Virus record (IMG/VR): IMGVR_UViG_3300042558_003926
Coordinates: 62,001-126,000 of that record
Length of the DNA stretch: 64,000 nt
Reading direction: 5' to 3' (one strand)
This document shows, piece by piece, positions 58,209 to 64,000 of this stretch; the first letter of the stretch is position 1, and the number at the start of each line of letters is the position of its first letter. A program made the translations under genes and the position numbers. The notes beneath the pieces are model-generated. The model saw only the letters and a list, made by a program, of their open reading frames with translations. It searched no databases and had not been told where the DNA came from.

Positions 58209-59498
58209 ATGGCAAGACCAGTATTAAATTTCGCAGATTTCTTGATCGAGTCTGCAAGAATGATCAACGAGGGATATAGCTTTTCTGAAGCTATGGAATC
58301 ACTAAACGCATTTACCCAAACTAAGGGAATGAGTCTTTCAAGCGGAAACCAGAAAACTTATGTGAAGGAAGCTCTAGCAAATATTGAATTAATGGCTAAA
58401 CAAAACTCGGTAAGTCCTGAGACTGTAGTTACTGCTTTAGGTGATGCTTTGGGATCAATAATTTCAGATTCTATTGAAACTAAGAATCTAAAACTTTATT
58501 TAGACAATTGTGGAGTAGTTTCCAATAAATTAAAAATTACAGGGGTAACGGCAGGATCTGTAAAATGTGATGCTATACCATCAACTTCAGTGGAAGCTGC
58601 TAAGAAAAATGGAAACAAGGTACTTTTAACTGATCTTCTAACATCAATTAATTTAGCTAATGCAGAGGCAAGAAAATCTAAGACTTATGCTAAACAGAAA
58701 AAAGCTGGTAAACCTTTCGAACTTAACGTAGATAAGGAAGGTAATCTGATTGATGGAAGTTATGACAAACAGATATTTATAACTAATACATCTGGGTCTA
58801 CAAAATTCGAATGGAAGCTAAATACATTCTCTAATCCAGTAACACCGGCACAGGATGATTTTTCTTACGGGTCTGATTCTGTTGAACTGAACACCGCCGA
58901 TAATGGAATAGCTAATGATGTTGGATATGTAAATCTTGTACTCTATTCAGTAGAGAGTATTGCTGATGGTAAAACATCCTATAATGTTACTGACGTTGTG
59001 CCTGTAACAATTCCAACTAAAGCACCAGATAGCGAGAAGAAAATTGAGATCACAGACTATAACGGTGCATATTTTTCTCAGGGTAAATATGAATTAACCG
59101 AAACTGGTAAAAAAGCAATCTATGCTGCTATCCAGCAAAACTTTACCTCAATCAAAGAAGTAACGATAAATGGTTATGCTTCTAAAGAGGGAACAGTAGA
59201 GGTTAACACGCAACTATGTAAAGATAGAGCAGCCGAAGCAGCAAAATTCATTAAAACTTTATCTAAGGATGCAACAGTTACTGCTTCGGAAACTGCAAAT
59301 ATCCAGCCAGCTGATAACACGGACAAAAAGGAAGCTTGGAGAAAAATATCATTAGATATAAAAGGTACATCCGTAATTCCGGGTGATGTTAAAGATGTCA
59401 TAAAATTCATAAGTCAGGACGATACGATTTATTCAGAAGATTATACTCTTCGTCAGACGATATTCCAGTTTGCTATTGAGATAGACACTGAAGGTTAA
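58209..59498 (+). CDS. OmpA C-terminal (peptidoglycan-binding) domain protein with CTS-like leader
   Basis: FSQGKYELT..GK, INGYASKEG..VNTQLCKDRA, WRKI; leader VLNFADFLIE...INE; no signal peptide. Confidence 0.7.
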   Translation: MARPVLNFADFLIESARMINEGYSFSEAMESLNAFTQTKGMSLSSGNQKTYVKEALANIELMAKQNSVSPETVVTALGDALGSIISDSIETKNLKLYLDNCGVVSNKLKITGVTAGSVKCDAIPSTSVEAAKKNGNKVLLTDLLTSINLANAEARKSKTYAKQKKAGKPFELNVDKEGNLIDGSYDKQIFITNTSGSTKFEWKLNTFSNPVTPAQDDFSYGSDSVELNTADNGIANDVGYVNLVLYSVESIADGKTSYNVTDVVPVTIPTKAPDSEKKIEITDYNGAYFSQGKYELTETGKKAIYAAIQQNFTSIKEVTINGYASKEGTVEVNTQLCKDRAAEAAKFIKTLSKDATVTASETANIQPADNTDKKEAWRKISLDIKGTSVIPGDVKDVIKFISQDDTIYSEDYTLRQTIFQFAIEIDTEG

Positions 59499-59510
59499 AA
59501 TAATAAAACC

Positions 59511-59550
59511 CACAAAAAAGGGAATCCTTAAAGATTCCCTTTTTTTTGTG
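59511..59550. terminator. Bidirectional intrinsic terminator
   Basis: CACAAAAAAGGGAATC-CTTAAA-GATTCCCTTTTTTTTGTG between convergent genes. Confidence 0.85.
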
Positions 59551-59561
59551 AGAGATTGTTT

Positions 59562-60005
59562 TTATTCGATGGTGATTACAACGTAGTATGTTTCCCCGAT
59601 TTTAACCTGTTCTACCCAGAAATTTTTAGGAGTTCCGTATAATTCGAAGTAGTTCCCAAATTCGGGTCTTTGAATTGTTTTAATGGCACTTCCTGAGAAA
59701 AAGCTTGCTTCCAAGGAATTAACCAAATCGAAATCTCCATAAAGACGGCTGTTGATGTGGCCTTGTCCTTTAATGAATTCCTGACCCTTTGCGTAATTGA
59801 TGGCTCCTTCTTTTAGAGATGGATCTAATGTGAAATTAGTTCCGTAGTGGTTTTCCAAAGCAATCTCTACCGAGTCTTGGATCTGTTTCATTTTGTCAGC
59901 TGGTTTATTATTACCTGTACCGTTACCTGCAAAAGCAGTGCTGAAGAAAAAAGTAAGAGCGATTACCAATCCTGTTACTTTGCTGAAGATGTTTTTTGTT
60001 TTCAT
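59562..60005 (-). CDS. Secreted/periplasmic hypothetical protein
   Basis: Sec signal peptide MKTKNIFSKVTGLVIALTFFFSTAFA|G. Confidence 0.7.
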   Translation of the reverse strand: MKTKNIFSKVTGLVIALTFFFSTAFAGNGTGNNKPADKMKQIQDSVEIALENHYGTNFTLDPSLKEGAINYAKGQEFIKGQGHINSRLYGDFDLVNSLEASFFSGSAIKTIQRPEFGNYFELYGTPKNFWVEQVKIGETYYVVITIE

Positions 60006-60036
60006 AATTTCTATTTTTTTTAATTGATTTACATTT

Positions 60037-60044
60037 CAAATATA
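60037..60044 (-). promoter_or_regulatory. Bacteroidota primary-sigma -7 element TATATTTG
   Basis: Reverse complement of CAAATATA matches TAnnTTTG; 31 nt upstream of the ATG at 60005. Confidence 0.55.
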
Positions 60045-60155
60045 GAACACTAATACGAGGGAAAAAAGAAAAACTGTAATTTTTTTTAAAAAAATCCTCT
60101 ATACGTGCGTGCGCTTTTATTTTTAATATACGCATCGGTTTATTATCTTTATAAT

Positions 60156-60554
60156 ATGGAAATTAAACGAAGAGAGATCCTTATACAGGAAGAGTACATT
60201 AGCTCCCCGTGGAAAATGCTTGTTTGTTGCATTCTTCTAAATCAAACTAGCAATAAGCAAGTTAGACCGATTTTAAGCTCCGTATTTGAACTTATTCCAA
60301 ATCCCATATCTGCATCTGGGGTTGATCTTAAAGTCTTAGCAGAGGTCATAAAAACAACCGGATTTCAGAACATTAAAGCATCCAGAATAAAGAATCTCAG
60401 CCAAAAATGGAATGCTGGTTTTTCCGACGTATCAGAGCTCCCGGGAATAGGAAGATATGGGAAAGATTCATGGGAGATATTCGTAAATGGGAGAAGAGAC
60501 ATTTCTCCTACAGACAAGAAGCTTATTAAATATCTAGAAGATACTACTTTTTAG
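60156..60554 (+). CDS. MBD4-like HhH-GPD DNA glycosylase (stand-alone catalytic domain)
   Basis: LIQE...PWKMLVCCILLNQTS, LPGIGRYGKDSWEIF, PTDKKL..Y; start reassigned to ATG 60156. Confidence 0.8.
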   Translation: MEIKRREILIQEEYISSPWKMLVCCILLNQTSNKQVRPILSSVFELIPNPISASGVDLKVLAEVIKTTGFQNIKASRIKNLSQKWNAGFSDVSELPGIGRYGKDSWEIFVNGRRDISPTDKKLIKYLEDTTF

Positions 60555-60846
60555 GTTTTGCCTTTTCTCTGAAGGAACCCTTGATGTAATCTGTTACCTC
60601 TGACCCAGATCTTGTCTTTTCTTTTAGAAACTTGTTGAAAGCTTCGGATTTCCCCTCTTTATCCAGAAACATATTTACCTCCGCTGCTTCATACATTGCA
60701 TCAATAACTTCTGGCATTTGCGGATTTGCTGATGTGTAGTTTCTGGAATTTACCTTCACTTCACTGGCCTGACCTGGAACATCAACGCTTCCGGGTGAAT
60801 CTATCCACTCAAATAGGAAATTGTCGAAATTTTTTAAATTTTTCAT
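60544..60846 (-). CDS. Putative internal head protein (MKNLKNFDNFLFE)
   Basis: CTS-like N-terminus; GAATATATA on the minus strand at 60854-60862. Confidence 0.6.
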   Translation of the reverse strand: MKNLKNFDNFLFEWIDSPGSVDVPGQASEVKVNSRNYTSANPQMPEVIDAMYEAAEVNMFLDKEGKSEAFNKFLKEKTRSGSEVTDYIKGSFREKAKPKK

Positions 60847-60866
60847 CTAATAGTATATATTCACCC

Positions 60867-60895
60867 GGAACATAAGAAAGATAGATGAATAGAAC
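60867..60895 (+). promoter_or_regulatory. Putative middle promoter GGAAC-N18-TAGAAC
   Basis: Intergenic, 22 nt before the polymerase ATG. Confidence 0.55.
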
Positions 60896-60917
60896 AAATA
60901 AGAAAATCGCTTTTTAA

Positions 60918-62324
60918 ATGATCATAGACATAGAAAATAAGGGAAGTTATCTAAAAGTATCCCACTTTAACGAAGAGGGAGAATTGGCTTTTTTAGAAGT
61001 TCCCATTAAGGAGGAGGACAGATTTATTTGGGAGAAGTGCAGTCCTAATGATCCAAAAAGGGACAAAGAATGGACGAATTGGACAGGAGAGGCGGTAAAG
61101 AAAACGAAGACCGAGAAATACAATAAGTATAGAATGGCTCAGATACTTATAGATTCTCCCGAAGAATTGACCAAACCCCTTTGGGAGTACCAGACCCCTA
61201 GAAAATACTTTGTCGATATCGAGGTTGAGATAACGGAGGATATGGCAGCAGCTTTAGATACAGAGAATGCAAGAAATCGGGTTCTTTCTATAGGGATTGC
61301 TACAGACAAGAATAAGATAATAGTTCTTGGTCTTGATCCGCTAACACCAGAACAGCAAGCTAGTATCTACAAGAAGATAAATTCATACTTTGAAAGAACC
61401 GGTGACGAATGGTCGTTTAAATACAAACAGTTTCCATCAGAGTATGATATGCTCTACACATTTTTTAGAGAGCTTGGTCCTCGTATGCCAGTAATAACCG
61501 GTTGGAACTGGTTAGGGTATGACTGGCCTTATTTATTAAATAGAGCTAAAAGAATAGGAGTTGACCCTAAGATGATTTCCCCTGGAAATTATCTGATAGG
61601 GAAAGCACAGTTACCTATGCACTTACTCATGGTCGATTACCTTGAGATCTATAAAAAATGGGACAGAGTTATTAAGATTAAGGAAAGTAATAGATTAGAT
61701 TATGTTGCCGATAAGGCTGTTGGATTCAAAAAGATAGAATACAATGGAACTCTTAGAGATCTATACCAATCGAATTTTGAGGACTTTATTTATTATAACG
61801 CAGTTGACTGTGCGTTGGTTCATTATATTGACACCAAGCTTAAAACCATGCAAACTTTCTTTAAGATCGCAATGATCTCGGGAGTGGAAATAAACCGTGC
61901 TCTTTCCCCTGTATGGTCTACCGAAATTATGATGCTTAGAAAATTCTTGGATCGGAAGCAAGTTTTTACCGACGAAAGGAAGGAAGAAGTACACGTTAAA
62001 TTTGCGGGAGGTTACGTAAAGGAACCAACCAAAGGATTACATGAATGGATAGCTTGTTATGACTTTGCTTCTCTTTATCCAAACACCATGGTTCAATGGG
62101 GAATCTCTCCAGAAGTTTACAAGGGAAAGAATCCAGCAAATCCAAAAGAAACCTGGTCTAAAACAGCATCTGGAGCATATTTTGGCGGTGAAGACGAGAA
62201 CCCGATATTAAGAACAATCATTAAAGATCTTTATTCCAGAAGGAGGAAAACTAAAGACCGAATGCTAGAGCTACAGATCGAAATTGACAAGCTAGAAAAG
62301 TTATTAGAAAAAGAAAAAAATTAA
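60918..62324 (+). CDS. Family B DNA polymerase, N-terminal subunit (exonuclease plus motif A) of a split enzyme
   Basis: DIEV (ExoI), GWNWLGYDWPYL (ExoII), YNAVD (ExoIII), GGYVKEP, DFASLYP; ends in the fingers; lacks KxxxNSxYG and YGDTDS. Confidence 0.88.
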   Translation: MIIDIENKGSYLKVSHFNEEGELAFLEVPIKEEDRFIWEKCSPNDPKRDKEWTNWTGEAVKKTKTEKYNKYRMAQILIDSPEELTKPLWEYQTPRKYFVDIEVEITEDMAAALDTENARNRVLSIGIATDKNKIIVLGLDPLTPEQQASIYKKINSYFERTGDEWSFKYKQFPSEYDMLYTFFRELGPRMPVITGWNWLGYDWPYLLNRAKRIGVDPKMISPGNYLIGKAQLPMHLLMVDYLEIYKKWDRVIKIKESNRLDYVADKAVGFKKIEYNGTLRDLYQSNFEDFIYYNAVDCALVHYIDTKLKTMQTFFKIAMISGVEINRALSPVWSTEIMMLRKFLDRKQVFTDERKEEVHVKFAGGYVKEPTKGLHEWIACYDFASLYPNTMVQWGISPEVYKGKNPANPKETWSKTASGAYFGGEDENPILRTIIKDLYSRRRKTKDRMLELQIEIDKLEKLLEKEKN

Positions 62325-62356
62325 CGCTCTAAAGCCTCCGATCTCCAGGGTCTTTT

Positions 62357-62364
62357 GATATATA
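62357..62364 (+). promoter_or_regulatory. Late promoter motif GATATATA
   Basis: Intergenic, upstream of the dUTPase gene. Confidence 0.55.
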
Positions 62365-62416
62365 AAAAACCCGGTGGATTTAGGCCTAGACACAAACCTA
62401 GTCAAAAATCACAATT

Positions 62417-62896
62417 ATGGCAAATATAGACAACCAATGTAAAGATCTTCTCGTTGAGAATGACTACGTAACGTCCACACACCACCTGGAGAAGTTGATG
62501 TCCCTTCAGAAAAACACCCAAGAGAGGGTTTATGGTTACAAGTTTGATGACCTTACCCTCGGAGAAATTAAAGACTTTTGGCTTTGGAACACCAGAGCTA
62601 TCGAAGACGAAATATCGGAGGCATATGATGCCTTAGGTGGAGTATCTAACAATGGCGAGACATCTATAGGCAACGCAGTATGGAAACCATGGAAAAGCAA
62701 CCATAAGAAGGCTTATGAAATGAAAATATCGGATTTATCCGATGACGATGTAAAAGAATTAAAAATGGAGTTAGTAGACATTCAACATTTCATATTCAAC
62801 ATGATGGCTTCCGTTGGCATGACCGCTGAGGAGCTTTATAATTATTACCTCTCCAAAAACAAGGAGAACATCAGAAGACAAGAAAACAATTATTAA
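62417..62896 (+). CDS. All-alpha dUTPase/dCTPase (T4 gp56-like)
   Basis: EDEISE, WKPWK, MELVDIQHF, Y..KNKEN..RQ. Confidence 0.8.
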   Translation: MANIDNQCKDLLVENDYVTSTHHLEKLMSLQKNTQERVYGYKFDDLTLGEIKDFWLWNTRAIEDEISEAYDALGGVSNNGETSIGNAVWKPWKSNHKKAYEMKISDLSDDDVKELKMELVDIQHFIFNMMASVGMTAEELYNYYLSKNKENIRRQENNY

Positions 62897-62915
62897 TTAA
62901 AATTAAAAGTTAACT

Positions 62916-63899
62916 ATGGAGGAATTATATTCTTTACCTGAGCCTATTTTACAGGAAAACAAAAATCGTTTCGTTTTATTTCCTATCGAACATCATGACA
63001 TCTGGGAAATGTATAAGAAACAACAGGCTTGCATCTGGACTGCAGAAGAGATCGATTTAGCTCAGGATTTGAATGACTGGAGAAATAAGTTAACTGACGA
63101 TGAGAGATACTTCATCAAAAATGTTTTAGCCTTCTTTGCTGCTTCTGATGGTATAGTAAATGAAAACCTAGCTGAGAATTTTGTTTCCGAAGTTCAATAC
63201 ACCGAGGCTAAGTTTTTCTATGGATTCCAAATTATGATGGAAAACATACATTCGGAAACATACTCATTACTCATAGATACGTACATCAATGACCAGGAGG
63301 AGAAAGCCAGATTATTCAATGCTATAGAAACAATTCCCGCGGTGAGAAAAAAAGCGGAATGGGCTCTTAAATGGGTAGATTCACCAAACTTCCAAGAAAG
63401 ATTAGTTGCTTTTGCTGCTGTGGAGGGTATATTTTTTAGTGGATCTTTCTGTTCTATTTTCTGGCTTAAAAAGAGAGGACTTATGCCTGGTCTTTCGTTC
63501 TCCAACGAGCTAATTTCAAGAGACGAAGGTATGCACTGCGATTTTGCAGTTATGCTACACAACAATCATCTTGTAAATAAAGTTAGCGAAGCTAGAATCC
63601 GTGAAATCATAATAAGTGCTCTTGAGATAGAGAAGGAATTTATTATCGAGTCTTTGCCTATTAGATTGATTGGGATGAATTCGGAGTTAATGAAGCAGTA
63701 TCTGGAATTCGTTGCAGACAGACTCTTAGTTGATCTAGGATGTTCTAAAATGTACAACTCTGAAAATCCATTTGATTTCATGATGAATATTTCACTTCAG
63801 GGAAAGACTAATTTCTTCGAGAAAAGAGTTGGTGAATATCAAAAAGCTGGTGTAATGAACAAGTCAGAGGACGCTTTCGATTTCGATGCTGAATTTTAA
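62916..63899 (+). CDS. nrdB: Ribonucleotide reductase class Ia beta subunit
   Basis: [54 protein letters not shown]. Confidence 0.97.
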   Translation: MEELYSLPEPILQENKNRFVLFPIEHHDIWEMYKKQQACIWTAEEIDLAQDLNDWRNKLTDDERYFIKNVLAFFAASDGIVNENLAENFVSEVQYTEAKFFYGFQIMMENIHSETYSLLIDTYINDQEEKARLFNAIETIPAVRKKAEWALKWVDSPNFQERLVAFAAVEGIFFSGSFCSIFWLKKRGLMPGLSFSNELISRDEGMHCDFAVMLHNNHLVNKVSEARIREIIISALEIEKEFIIESLPIRLIGMNSELMKQYLEFVADRLLVDLGCSKMYNSENPFDFMMNISLQGKTNFFEKRVGEYQKAGVMNKSEDAFDFDAEF

Positions 63900-63918
63900 A
63901 AATAATAATCTAAATTAA

Positions 63919-64000
63919 ATGTTTGTAATAAAAAGAGACGGTTCTAAGGAACCCGTTAGGTTTGAAAAAGTTTCTAATAGAATTAAAAAAATGACTTATG
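63919..64000 (+). CDS. nrdA: Ribonucleotide reductase alpha subunit, N-terminal ATP-cone (partial)
   Basis: MFVIKRDGSKEPVRFEKVSNRIKKMTY ATP-cone start directly after nrdB; runs off the window. Confidence 0.85.
   Translation, partial: MFVIKRDGSKEPVRFEKVSNRIKKMTY

Noticed and set aside
60105-60155. GTG-start extension of the glycosylase
   Set aside because: Covers AT-rich promoter-like sequence; family similarity begins after ATG 60156
62325-62916. Intron, intein or frameshift explaining the truncated polymerase
   Set aside because: The downstream sequence is a short intergenic region followed by an intact dUTPase and nrdB; no homing endonuclease or continuation with motifs B/C was seen
791-63781. 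Numerous short minus-strand or nested ORFs in the track (e.g. 791-1003, 7539-7889, 47099-47569, 51927-52388, 63218-63565)
   Set aside because: They lie antisense to or within long, motif-bearing genes and show no recognisable motifs; treated as shadow ORFs
1-64000. Stop-codon reassignment (code 15 or 4), as found in some large Bacteroidota phages
   Set aside because: Code 11 gives dense full-length genes, and TAG and TGA both end bona fide genes

Overview
This 64 kb window is part of a large T4-like (myovirus-type, probably jumbo) phage genome. It is AT-rich, uses genetic code 11 and is coded almost entirely on the + strand. Bases 1-44.5 kb are a virion morphogenesis region: baseplate hub, spike, gp25, gp6, neck, very large Gly/Thr/Ser-rich baseplate/fibre proteins and three paralogous collagen-like fibres. 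It is interrupted by a ribosomal protein S1-like gene coupled to an amidoligase-like gene, and by phoH. Bases 44.7-49.9 kb are a T4-type replication/recombination block (RuvC-like resolvase, gp32, primase, UvsY, UvsW). Bases 50-61 kb are an accessory cluster in which many proteins carry an N-terminal motif resembling the T4 capsid-targeting sequence; it includes a Pol-beta nucleotidyltransferase, an RNA-ligase/HIGH-nucleotidyltransferase fusion, a CHAP peptidase and an OmpA-domain protein. Bases 61-64 kb hold a split family-B DNA polymerase (N-terminal half only), a dUTPase/dCTPase, nrdB and the start of nrdA. A Bacteroidota host is inferred from an Hc1/histone-H1-like gene, a DUF4494-like gene, a TAnnTTTG promoter and A-rich leaders. 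Two recurring phage promoter motifs are visible: GATATATA (late) and GRAAC-N18-TAKAAY (middle). The best candidates for new biology are (i) a putative virion-packaged nucleotidyltransferase/ligase module with co-targeted cargo, (ii) a dispersed GxTG motif enriched in virion proteins (possible modification sequon), and (iii) an unannotated RDGP-stop leader peptide overlapping alternative RNA structures upstream of gp32. All family assignments come from motif recognition by eye; no database searches were run.
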